Virus record (IMG/VR): IMGVR_UViG_3300017991_000058
From: an uncultured virus (IMG/VR IMGVR_UViG_3300017991_000058)
Lineage: Duplodnaviria; Heunggongvirae; Uroviricota; Caudoviricetes
DNA: 64,000 bases
Direction: 5' to 3' (one strand)
In this document: piece after piece, positions 45,273 through 54,170 of the stretch
Numbering within the stretch: the stretch's first letter is position 1
Layout of the letters: the number at the start of each line of letters is the position of its first letter
Program-made: the position numbers and the translations under genes
The notes under the pieces: generated by a model
What the model saw: the letters and a program-made list of their open reading frames with translations, nothing else
Told to the model about the DNA's origin: nothing
Databases searched by the model: none

Positions 45273-46213
45273 CAGATCGCCGCCGGGACGGTCGAGCCAT
45301 CCAATAGGTCTACGATGCTGCAGTCCTGCACGTACAGGTACTGGCGGTTTCCGCCGGTGTTCGGGTAGCCCCTGCCGACGGCGGCGACGCGGAACCAGCG
45401 AGACGTCCCGAGGTAGCCCTGAACGGTCGGCTCGACGCAGATTATCGACGGGTGGCGCTCGTCTCCGTCGTAGGCGATGCGTCCCCAGTTGTGGTAGTTC
45501 TCCGGCCAGCAGTACCGCCCCGTGGCCCAACCCGCACCGCTCGTCCACGTGTGACCGGCGTTGCCGTTGTAGAACGCTTCTTTAGTGAGATTCTCGTCCA
45601 CGAATATGCAGTACGGGTCCGGATCTCCGGCGGCGACGTTGCGGAGGTCGTCTATTGAAATCACCGACCTGAGCGAATTCGGGTTGTTGAACTCAACCGA
45701 GCAGAACCCGTACTCGCCCGCCGGACTCGGCGAGTCGTCGAACGCCGTATGGATGAGGTTCGGCGTCCCTGCGCTCGTGAACAGAGGGTCCGCGGAGTCC
45801 CACGGCTGAGTCTCGTCGACAGCTGTCGCACGACTCGTCGCGCTCCCGCCGGTGAACGAGGCCGTCCGCGAGTAGTAGATCGACCAGTTGTCGTCGTCTC
45901 CGTCGCCGTCGAACTCCCTGCGGCGGATCTCGATCTCCCGGTTCCCGTCCGGGTCTCTCAGGACGAACCAGCAGTTCCCGGAGCCCATCGCCTCGAGACC
46001 GCTCCCGAGCCCGACGTTCTGCCCGGGTCCGGACTTGACGATGTCGTCTCCGCGGACGACCTGGGCGAACACGTCGTCGGTGTCGAAGACCCCCCCGTTG
46101 CCGCTCCCGGACCTCGTGCACGCCCAGCCGGCCAGCTGGGCCGTCTTCAGGATCGAGAACGGATGTGCGTTCCCCGTGTTGTGGACGTAGTTGAGATTCC
46201 GATGGATGGTCAT
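45272..46213 (-). CDS. hypothetical virion-associated protein
   Basis: 313 aa Gly/aromatic-rich, with its own putative promoter. Confidence 0.65.
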   Translation of the reverse strand: MTIHRNLNYVHNTGNAHPFSILKTAQLAGWACTRSGSGNGGVFDTDDVFAQVVRGDDIVKSGPGQNVGLGSGLEAMGSGNCWFVLRDPDGNREIEIRRREFDGDGDDDNWSIYYSRTASFTGGSATSRATAVDETQPWDSADPLFTSAGTPNLIHTAFDDSPSPAGEYGFCSVEFNNPNSLRSVISIDDLRNVAAGDPDPYCIFVDENLTKEAFYNGNAGHTWTSGAGWATGRYCWPENYHNWGRIAYDGDERHPSIICVEPTVQGYLGTSRWFRVAAVGRGYPNTGGNRQYLYVQDCSIVDLLDGSTVPAAI

Positions 46214-46231
46214 CAGCTGGTCCCGTCGCCT

Positions 46232-46261
46232 AGCCTAGCACTGCCCGGCGGACCCCGACAA
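46232..46261 (-). promoter_or_regulatory. putative promoter TTGTCG-N18-TAGGCT with extended -10 (TGn)
   Basis: intergenic; same TAGGCTAGG as at 29060. Confidence 0.45.
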
Positions 46262-46267
46262 GGCGGT

Positions 46268-46963
46268 CTATATCGGGATCGTCTCCCGAACGGACCTGAG
46301 GACGGCGACCAGCGCGCTGAGCTGGTCTGCCGCGACGCCGACCTCGTCCCCTAGGTCGCCCAGAGTCGGGATCTCGGGCATCCCGGGAACAAGAGACCCG
46401 AAGGTGTTGATCATGCCTATCAGGCCGTCGACGGGCCCGGCGCTTGCCTTGACGTTGGCGAGCTGGGCTGCGAGCTGCTCCGACGCGCACTCCGTCGCCT
46501 GGCGCAGAGCGTCGAGGTTCTCGTTCTCGGCGACGGCTATGGCCGCCTGGATTCTGGCCTCCTGGGCCGCGAGAACGTCCAGCGCGGAGGCCATCCCGTC
46601 CATGTACGTCAGGACGACGTCGACCAGATCGAGGATCATCGCCGGGACGGACAGCTGAGGAACGAGCGCGGCCAGTTGGCTCAGCTTGTCGGTCAGCTCG
46701 GACGCCGCGTCCGCGATGTCGAACGGGTCGGACACGAGCGCCGTGACGAGGTCGCCGAGGGCGGTCAGGGCCCCGATGACGTCGAAGATCGGCGACAGCG
46801 GGGCCATCGCCGCCGTCGACTGCGCCATGAGCTGCTGGGCGAGCTCGAGCGGCGGGGCGTCCACGCCCGGCAGGGATGCGCAGACGCGAACCCCTCCTGG
46901 CATCCGGACGCAGAGCTCCCGGTCGCCAACCTCGATCTCCGGACACTCGATCGGGGTCGTCAT
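46268..46963 (-). CDS. hypothetical helical baseplate-region protein
   Basis: GGAGGG RBS; directly after the spike gene. Confidence 0.65.
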   Translation of the reverse strand: MTTPIECPEIEVGDRELCVRMPGGVRVCASLPGVDAPPLELAQQLMAQSTAAMAPLSPIFDVIGALTALGDLVTALVSDPFDIADAASELTDKLSQLAALVPQLSVPAMILDLVDVVLTYMDGMASALDVLAAQEARIQAAIAVAENENLDALRQATECASEQLAAQLANVKASAGPVDGLIGMINTFGSLVPGMPEIPTLGDLGDEVGVAADQLSALVAVLRSVRETIPI

Positions 46964-46972
46964 CGCACCCTC

Positions 46973-47554
46973 CTAGATCGGCTCGGTCCCCGGCTGGACG
47001 GGGCGCCCCATTATGGTCACGTTCAGCCCGTCGATCGCGACGGTCCCGACCGCCGATATCCTCACGCTCGACGTCGCCGAGATCGTCATCTGGCGCGTAA
47101 GCCCGTCGTACTCGATGCCGTCGTCGGAGACCTTGTCGCGGATCAGGAGCGCCGGCGTGTCGGCGCTGTCGTCGAGGACGATGAGCCACCGCGACGACTC
47201 GACGACATGGACCGACGGGGCGTCCTCGGCGCTCTTCGCTGTGACCCTGTCGTTGAGCGTCGAGACGCGGCCAGGGGCCCGCCAGCAGCCCGGGAGGTAG
47301 TGGAGCTCGTCGACGTCCCCCTGGTGGCACCAGACGGCGACGTCGGCGCCGACCTCCGGAACAAAGTAGACCCCGCGCCCCTCGGAGTGACCTCCGCCGA
47401 CGTTCAGCGGGAGCGCCCATCCGCTCTCCGGCTCGATCAGCCCGGGCACCCGCAGCTTGACCCGCCCCACCTTCAGGGGGTCGTCGTTCCGGACCACTAC
47501 CCCTCGGTACACCGCCGTGTGCCTGGGCCCGCCTGCTCCGTCGTGCTCGTCCAT
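46973..47554 (-). CDS. baseplate spike / gpV (gp5 OB-fold)
   Basis: YRGVVVRNDDPLKVGRVKLRVP, VPEVGADV. Confidence 0.85.
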   Translation of the reverse strand: MDEHDGAGGPRHTAVYRGVVVRNDDPLKVGRVKLRVPGLIEPESGWALPLNVGGGHSEGRGVYFVPEVGADVAVWCHQGDVDELHYLPGCWRAPGRVSTLNDRVTAKSAEDAPSVHVVESSRWLIVLDDSADTPALLIRDKVSDDGIEYDGLTRQMTISATSSVRISAVGTVAIDGLNVTIMGRPVQPGTEPI

Positions 47555-47556
47555 CG

Positions 47557-48975
47557 TCAGTCTCCGCTCGTAGCCGCCGGCGTCGTCGTCGTCGTCGTCC
47601 TGGACCGCGCAGCGCGTCCTGACGGCTGGCCGTACGTGATCGTCGTCCGCCTGGTCTCGGGGTCGACGGTCTCGTAGGGCGCGGTTGGTCTCGCGTCTCC
47701 CGGGCCGTCTCGACGCTCCTCCTCGGACTCCTCTCCCTCCTGCCTGTTGCGCCGCCCCTGGTTAGCCGGCCCGGGGTCGAGCAGCTCGAGCCCGTCCGCC
47801 GCCCTACTGCTGACGGCGTGACCTCCGTGTCCGTCCGACACAGCCTTGACTGTCATCACGTATCCGGACCCGTCTACGACGTGGGTGACCTCCTTCGTGT
47901 AGTACCGGATCGACAGACGGCGCCCCGCCCCGTCGAGCTGAAAGACGGTCTTGGCGTACATCTGCGGGTCGCCGATGCACTCCATCGTCAGCTTTACGGC
48001 CATCTGGCGGTGGCGCCTGGCCCTGGCCCTGGCCTGTCTCGCGGCGACGTCGGGCGAGTGGGTCGACGTCGGGCGGACCTCGTCCTGGGCGACGTGCTCC
48101 TCGTGAGAGTCCGGCTGGCGGTCGTAGTCCGGGTTCACGCTCCCCGTCCGCGTCTCCGGGTCGATAATCTCGAACACCGGGGCGAGCGCCGTGTCCCCGC
48201 CGGCGGCCGCGCCTCCGGCTCCGGAGTCCCCCTCGACGTCCTCCCCCTCGAGCGGGTTGCGCCCGCGCGTCCTGACTCGGCCCGGCCTGGCGGTCACGTC
48301 GTTCTCGACGTTGATGCTGATGATCTCCCCTGCGTCCCGCGAGGTGTACCAGCGGAACCTCCGGACCGGCCTCTCGTCCGTCCTGCGCCGGTGGAAGTGG
48401 AACCCGTCCCAGTCGACGAAGAACTGGAACCCCTCCTCGTCGGCGAGCTGGCGGACGAACTGGGCGTCGGTCATCCGCGCCTGCTGGACGCTCTCGAGGA
48501 CGACGTCCGTGTCCTCGATCTCCACGTCGCCGAACCCGCTCTCCTGGGCGATCTGACGGACGACGTCGCTCCGCCGCATGTTCTCGAACAGACGGTTCCG
48601 GACGACGCGGTTCATCAGGATGGACCTGGCCTGGGCCTCGACCGTCAGCTCCGTGAACCCCGTGACCTTGGTGACGACGAGCTCCCGCGGCGCCGACATC
48701 CGCCCCGGATAGCCCCAGGAGGCGCGGATGATGTTCCCCTTCTTCCACACCGGGTCGTCGAAGTTCTGCAGGTCGTGGTTGTCCACCGTGAGTCGGAGAG
48801 TGTCCGCCCTCCTCTCGCTGTCGACGTACGCGAACGACAGGACGCGGATCGCGTTCTGCGGGAGGGGCCTGCCGCGCCCCTGGGGGTCGACGAGCATCAG
48901 CTCGGACTCCCCGGCCTCCGACTCGACCGTCACCCAGAACTGGGGCTCGGTCCGGATGAACGGGCGCAGGCTCAT
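47557..48975 (-). CDS. baseplate hub / late control D-like protein
   Basis: WGY, SDVVRQIA, QQARMTDAQFVRQLA, IGDP, YYTKEVTH. Confidence 0.8.
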   Translation of the reverse strand: MSLRPFIRTEPQFWVTVESEAGESELMLVDPQGRGRPLPQNAIRVLSFAYVDSERRADTLRLTVDNHDLQNFDDPVWKKGNIIRASWGYPGRMSAPRELVVTKVTGFTELTVEAQARSILMNRVVRNRLFENMRRSDVVRQIAQESGFGDVEIEDTDVVLESVQQARMTDAQFVRQLADEEGFQFFVDWDGFHFHRRRTDERPVRRFRWYTSRDAGEIISINVENDVTARPGRVRTRGRNPLEGEDVEGDSGAGGAAAGGDTALAPVFEIIDPETRTGSVNPDYDRQPDSHEEHVAQDEVRPTSTHSPDVAARQARARARRHRQMAVKLTMECIGDPQMYAKTVFQLDGAGRRLSIRYYTKEVTHVVDGSGYVMTVKAVSDGHGGHAVSSRAADGLELLDPGPANQGRRNRQEGEESEEERRDGPGDARPTAPYETVDPETRRTTITYGQPSGRAARSRTTTTTTPAATSGD

Positions 48976-49319
48976 CCCGTCAGCCTGCGCTCTGATGAGA
49001 ACACGCGCTCTTCGACCACGCGGAGAGACGGGACGACGACGATGCTTCCGACGGCGAGCTCGACCGTCGGATCGTGGATCGGCTGAGGCTGGAAGTCGGC
49101 GATCACCCACCAGAGACCGGACGGTCTCGGCAGCCCCCTGTAGTACCGACCGGCGAGCGTCCAGAGCGTGTCGCCCGCCTCGACGACGTGGGCCTCGCTG
49201 TCCGACAGCTGCTCGAACGGGAACGACTTCCGCTCGGTCAGAAACAGCTCGTCCTCTCCGAGGTCGTCGAGCCGCGTCCCCTTGGTGAAGATGTGGCGGC
49301 TTCGCTCTCTCGGAGGCAT
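48972..49319 (-). CDS. LysM / tail protein X
   Basis: HVVEAGDTLWTLAGRYY...LWWVIADF. Confidence 0.82.
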   Translation of the reverse strand: MPPRERSRHIFTKGTRLDDLGEDELFLTERKSFPFEQLSDSEAHVVEAGDTLWTLAGRYYRGLPRPSGLWWVIADFQPQPIHDPTVELAVGSIVVVPSLRVVEERVFSSERRLTG

Positions 49320-49895
49320 CTACTCGACTCCCTCGTGCGGGTTTGGACGGAACTTCAGGGCGGCCGGAATGTCGCCGCCGGGCACGTGCCCGTACCTGAG
49401 CCCGGTGTCCCGCCTGACCTCCCGGCTCGTCAGGCGGGTGTCTCTGATCTCCTCGAGCTGGACGGTGGCGCGAGACACCCTGGCCTGACCGTACCTGTTG
49501 AACTCCTCGTGGACGAACCGAACTCGACGGACGACGCAGACGATCGATAGCATCCTGGGCCAGACGAACAGGACGCGCGGCGCCGCCCCTCCTGCGACCG
49601 TCTCGGCTCGCCCGCGCGGGAACTCCAGGCTCTTCAAGAACCGCCTGTCCTGCCGCATCTTCTCGAGCTCGTCGGACGACGTCCCGCGCCAGAAAAGCTC
49701 GACGTCGAACGACTCGTTTCCCGTGTGGATGAACTGGAGCGGCTGATGCGAGTAGCCCGGGACGACCAGCTTGTTCCAGGTCGCCGCGATGTCCTCCTCG
49801 AGACGCTCCGGGTTGAACTGGGCGCGCATCGTTTCGTTCGTGTTCAGGTTCGTCAGCGTGACCCTCGACGGGTCCTGGCGCTGGCTGAGGGCCAT
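49320..49895 (-). CDS. tail tube initiator (contractile-system tube 2)
   Basis: AQFNPE, PG..LQF, PRVLFVW. Confidence 0.72.
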   Translation of the reverse strand: MALSQRQDPSRVTLTNLNTNETMRAQFNPERLEEDIAATWNKLVVPGYSHQPLQFIHTGNESFDVELFWRGTSSDELEKMRQDRRFLKSLEFPRGRAETVAGGAAPRVLFVWPRMLSIVCVVRRVRFVHEEFNRYGQARVSRATVQLEEIRDTRLTSREVRRDTGLRYGHVPGGDIPAALKFRPNPHEGVE

Positions 49896-49898
49896 CGA

Positions 49899-52574
49899 CT
49901 ACTCCTCCCCCACGCCGACGGGCAGGAAGGACCCGGCGCCGATGGTCCGCGCCCCGGCCCGCGCCGCTCGCGCGATCGTCTCCGCCCCGACCTGGACGGT
50001 GATCGGCTGGCTCGCCGCCGCCCGAAGGGCCCCGACGGCCTCGCGCAGCATGGACGTCGCCTCCCTAGTCGCGCTCGACTCCGGTGCCGCCGCCGGGCGC
50101 CCGGCGGCGGCCCTGGCGGCCACGACGGCCGGCTGGGCGGACGGTCCTGGGGCGACGGACCCGCCGCGTCTTCGTGCCTTCAGGGCCGTCGAGGCCGTCC
50201 TGGTGGCCATCCCCTCCGCCTGGGCCTGGCCGTACCTGACGACGCCGCCGAGCCCCAGAGCTCCGCGGACGGGGGCGGGGATCACGCTCAGCATCCCGGC
50301 GACTCTCGACGTGATGAACGCGACGACGCTCCCCACCTGCTGCTTGAGCCTCCACCACGCCCCGATCGCCGAGTTGACGGCTGAGTTCATCCCACCGAAC
50401 GCGGCGGCGAACGTCCGCTGCAGCCACGTCACGGCGCGGACGTACAGCCCTATGGCCCTGAGGATGGTTCCGATCGCGTGGGCGGCCAGCACCAGCGACG
50501 GGACGACGACGTCGGCGAAGACTCGTCCGAAGTCCTCGGCGGCGCTGGCGCCCCTCCGCCCGGAGCTCGCGACGTCCTCCTGGTACCCGAACGCGGCGCG
50601 GAGCGCCTGCGACACCTGGGCTATGGACTCCGCCAGGAACCCCCACGCCCGCCGCAGGTCGCCCGATCTGGCCTGGAACCGCTTGACGACTCCCGTGAGG
50701 AACTGGACGACCTGTCTGACGACGTCTATGACGACGACGACGGATCGTCCGACGGATCGGCCGATCTCCACGCCGTGCTTCAGAAACCGCTGCATGGGAG
50801 TCCCGGCGGCGTCGTCCAGACCGTCGCCGACGATCCCGAGCGCCCGCCCGAGCTCCCGGAGCGCTCGGACGAGGGCCTTCCCGGCGGGAGCCCCAGCCGA
50901 CAGGGCCTCTCGGAAACCGCGACCCACCGCTGTGAGCGTGCGGCGGAGCCTCGTGACGAGGGCGAAGACGTTGATGACGAACCGGCGCAGCCCCCTGTTC
51001 TCCGCCCGCCCGAGCTCCTCCGACACGGCCTTCGAGAACCCTCCCTGGCTGAACAGCTCCCGCAGCGACCGGTACGCCAGACGGGCCCTCCCGACGGCCC
51101 GCTGGAAGAAGTCGCCGAGCCCGCCTACGTTCCGACGGACGGACACGCCTAGCGCGACGATCCCGGCCGCCAGCGAGGCGACCGCCCCGACGACTGGCAT
51201 TGTCGCGAGGAGGACGACGCCCATCGTGATGGCCATGGTCTCGAGGAACGGGATCGTAAGGGCGACGATGAACCCGATCGTCCCGAGCCCGCCGAACGCC
51301 GCGATCATCCCGGTGATCGCCATCGCGATGGCCGCGACGGACGTCTGGAGCGGCTCGGGGAGAGCCGTCCAGAACCGGATGACCGCGTTCAGCGTGTCCG
51401 TCAGCGCGGTGACGAACGGGCGGATGACGCGCGCGAAGGCGTCGCCGAACACGACCTGCAGAGTCTGGATCGTCCCCTGGAGGAGCCGCTGCTGCCCGGC
51501 GAACGTGTCGAGCATGATGTCCCGGAACTCGGCGGCGGTCCCGGCCGCCCCCTCCATCGTCCCGCGGAGGTACTCCATCGCCTCCGCTCCCCGGACGATC
51601 TCGCCGGAGGCGTTCCGGACGCCCTGCCTGAGCTGACGCCCGACCGCCGTCGCGGCGACGAGACCGAACCGGCCGAACAGCCTGGAGAACACGGCCCCCC
51701 GCTCGGCCGCGTCCGCGTAGCGCGTCCCGGCCGCCTCGGACGCCTCGAGAATGACGTCCATGAAGTTCCTCATCCTTGTCGTCCCGTCCTCGAGAGCCTC
51801 GGTCACCTCGACGCCGAGCGTTCGGCGGATCTCCTGCGCGTTGCGGGTCATGAAGATCAGGGCGGACGAGACGCCGGACGCCGCGACGGACGCCTGGACT
51901 CCGGTGTTCCTTACGAGGCCCATCGCGATGAGCATCTCGTTCATGTTCTGCTCTGTCAGCCCGGCACCGCGGGAGACGTTCCCGAGAGCGAGGGCGAGCT
52001 CGTTGGCCTGGAGAGCCGTAATGTTCGATATCCGGAGGAGGCGGTCGGCGGCGAGCGTGGCCTGGCCGGCTTCGAGTCCGAAGACCCTGAGCGCGGAGCC
52101 GACCGTCTGGGCGCTCTCCGCAACGCCGATCGCCCCGCCGGCCGCGAAGTCTAGGACGCCGCTCAGGGCGGAGATCGACTCCTGGGCCTGGAAGCCTCGG
52201 ACGCCGAGCTCTCCGAGCCCCTGGACGGCCTCCGTAGGCGAGAACTGGGTCGCTATCCCGGCCCGGATCGCCGCCTCCCGCAGGTTGCCCAACTCCCCGG
52301 TCGTCGCCCTCGTGATCGCCCTGACGCGGGCCAGCCCCTCCCCGAACTCACCGGATATGTTGGCCAGCGCCATGGCTCCGCGGAGCCCGGCGATCCCGGT
52401 GGCCATCGTGGCAAGAGACGCTCCGACGCCGATCGCCGCGGCCTGGATTATGCCGCTCGCGAGCCTGGCTCGAGCCGCCTGCCGGTCGAACGCTCCGCCG
52501 ACCCGCTGGATCGTCTGCGTCGCCCTGTCGCGAGCGGTGAAGACGAACCCTAGCCCGAGGTTGTTGAGAGCCAT
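49899..52574 (-). CDS. tape measure protein
   Basis: 891 aa Ala/Gly-rich helical, TQFSPTEA TP901-type core. Confidence 0.88.
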   Translation of the reverse strand: MALNNLGLGFVFTARDRATQTIQRVGGAFDRQAARARLASGIIQAAAIGVGASLATMATGIAGLRGAMALANISGEFGEGLARVRAITRATTGELGNLREAAIRAGIATQFSPTEAVQGLGELGVRGFQAQESISALSGVLDFAAGGAIGVAESAQTVGSALRVFGLEAGQATLAADRLLRISNITALQANELALALGNVSRGAGLTEQNMNEMLIAMGLVRNTGVQASVAASGVSSALIFMTRNAQEIRRTLGVEVTEALEDGTTRMRNFMDVILEASEAAGTRYADAAERGAVFSRLFGRFGLVAATAVGRQLRQGVRNASGEIVRGAEAMEYLRGTMEGAAGTAAEFRDIMLDTFAGQQRLLQGTIQTLQVVFGDAFARVIRPFVTALTDTLNAVIRFWTALPEPLQTSVAAIAMAITGMIAAFGGLGTIGFIVALTIPFLETMAITMGVVLLATMPVVGAVASLAAGIVALGVSVRRNVGGLGDFFQRAVGRARLAYRSLRELFSQGGFSKAVSEELGRAENRGLRRFVINVFALVTRLRRTLTAVGRGFREALSAGAPAGKALVRALRELGRALGIVGDGLDDAAGTPMQRFLKHGVEIGRSVGRSVVVVIDVVRQVVQFLTGVVKRFQARSGDLRRAWGFLAESIAQVSQALRAAFGYQEDVASSGRRGASAAEDFGRVFADVVVPSLVLAAHAIGTILRAIGLYVRAVTWLQRTFAAAFGGMNSAVNSAIGAWWRLKQQVGSVVAFITSRVAGMLSVIPAPVRGALGLGGVVRYGQAQAEGMATRTASTALKARRRGGSVAPGPSAQPAVVAARAAAGRPAAAPESSATREATSMLREAVGALRAAASQPITVQVGAETIARAARAGARTIGAGSFLPVGVGEE

Positions 52575-52608
52575 CGACCCTTAGTCTACATGACGACGGC
52601 CGCCATCA

Positions 52609-52974
52609 CTACCGCTTGGTGGCGCGCTTCATCGCCTCCGCCTCCCGGCGCCGCTGCTCCTCGAGCCAGTCCAGGGCCTCGTCTATCTCGCCCAGCGACA
52701 TGTCGAGGACGTCTGCTCTGGTGAACGAGTAGCCAGACCCCCCGTGGATCGTGTAGCAGAGCATTCGGACCGCTCCCCAGAGATCCTCGGCGTCGATCTC
52801 AGAGAACAGCCCGAACAGGCTCAGAGGTTCTCGTCTCGGCCGTCCCGCGGCAGCGCCTGCCCATCCCCCGCCTCCGACGGCCGCGTTCCACGTGCCGACA
52901 TCTTTCGACGGCGGCGACGGCGGCGGCGCTCGTTCGGCTTCTGGGGGACGAACATGCGCTGCAAGTCCAAAGGG
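52609..52974 (-). CDS. -1 frameshifted extension of the tail assembly chaperone (gpGT-like)
   Basis: slippery C CCT TTG at 52968-52974; -1 frame open to 52609 ending ...VLDMSLGEIDEALDWLEEQRRRE. Confidence 0.65.
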   Translation of the reverse strand, partial: PFGLAAHVRPPEAERAPPPSPPSKDVGTWNAAVGGGGWAGAAAGRPRREPLSLFGLFSEIDAEDLWGAVRMLCYTIHGGSGYSFTRADVLDMSLGEIDEALDWLEEQRRREAEAMKRATKR

Positions 52975-53654
52975 AGGTCGATCTCCCACTCGCCTCCGCA
53001 GCTCGGACAGTAGACGTCGAAGGCCGTCTCGACCCCTCCGTCGACGTCGTCCATGTCGTCGATGAGGTCCTGGACGTCTCCCATCGACAGGTCGTTCAGG
53101 TGGGCCGTCAGCTCCTCCTTCGGAACGCCGTCGACGTCGAGGACGCGGGTCATCATGGACGCCACCACGACGTCGTCGGTCCCCTTGAGCACCTCGATCG
53201 CACGGATCTGGTCCCGCCCCGTCATGAGCTTGAACCGGACCTTGCGGCCGGCGAGCTCGGTCTCGAATCGGTTGTCGCCGGCGGCGACCTTGGCGACGGA
53301 CTCGTCCGGAAGTCGGCGGACCGGGAGCTCTAGCAGGGGCAGGTCCCAGACGAACTTGTGACCACAGCTCGGGCAGCGAACGTCCAGCTCCTCCATTTCG
53401 CCGTACGTCGCGACGCGGATCATCAGCAGGGCGAAGATTCTGTCGCACGCGAGGACCTGCTGCCAGTCGACCCGATCCCGCGGAAACGCGTACGGCCCGA
53501 GCTCGATCGTCTCGAGCCAGCACGCCCGGAGGATCGAGTCGGCGGCCCTCCCTGACCTTATGGCTCTCGCGTCGGCGAGGATGCCGGCCGACTCGGCCTT
53601 GAAGTGACGGGCCCGTCCGACGAATCCGGACGGGCACTCGATGATGCGCTCCAT
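52821..53654 (-). CDS. tail assembly chaperone (gpG-like, two CPSC motifs)
   Basis: between tube and TMP; DRIFALLMIRVATYG, CPSCG twice. Confidence 0.75.
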   Translation of the reverse strand: MERIIECPSGFVGRARHFKAESAGILADARAIRSGRAADSILRACWLETIELGPYAFPRDRVDWQQVLACDRIFALLMIRVATYGEMEELDVRCPSCGHKFVWDLPLLELPVRRLPDESVAKVAAGDNRFETELAGRKVRFKLMTGRDQIRAIEVLKGTDDVVVASMMTRVLDVDGVPKEELTAHLNDLSMGDVQDLIDDMDDVDGGVETAFDVYCPSCGGEWEIDLPLDLQRMFVPQKPNERRRRRRRRKMSARGTRPSEAGDGQALPRDGRDENL

Positions 53655-53693
53655 GCCCTTCCCCTCAGCACGGCGCGCCGCTCGGCGCGCGGG

Positions 53694-54158
53694 TTACTGG
53701 ATCAGCTCCGGGTAGTCGTAGCGGAGGACGACGGACTCGATGACGTTCTCGTCGGCCTCGTTGTCCCAGCTGCCCGCCACGAACCGCTTGATGAAGGCGT
53801 TGTGCAGCCGCCACCGCCTGAGGACCGTCCCGTCCCTGTCGAACTGGACGACGTCGACCATCCGCTTGTACTGGGCGTCGACGAGACCGGCGTTGATCGC
53901 CAAGTTCGCGCAGTCGAGCATCCAGTCGTACAGGTCGTGGTCCTGGGTCGCCCCCCGCTCGAGCGTGACGTCCTCGACGGTCGCGCGGCCGAGAGACTTG
54001 TCCGGAATGAGCGTCCCGCCCTCGGAGTGGTCGACGTCGGCGAACTCGACCGCGATGTCCGAACAGGTCCGGAACGCGGCAGACCCGAGACCGTCGATCT
54101 CGACCTGGAAGGCGAACCGCTTGTGGAAGCTCCTCGGGGTCCCGATGATCCCTGACAT
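53694..54158 (-). CDS. tail tube protein (T4 gp19-like)
   Basis: [30 protein letters not shown]. Confidence 0.9.
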   Translation of the reverse strand: MSGIIGTPRSFHKRFAFQVEIDGLGSAAFRTCSDIAVEFADVDHSEGGTLIPDKSLGRATVEDVTLERGATQDHDLYDWMLDCANLAINAGLVDAQYKRMVDVVQFDRDGTVLRRWRLHNAFIKRFVAGSWDNEADENVIESVVLRYDYPELIQ

Positions 54159-54170
54159 CTCTCAACCTCC

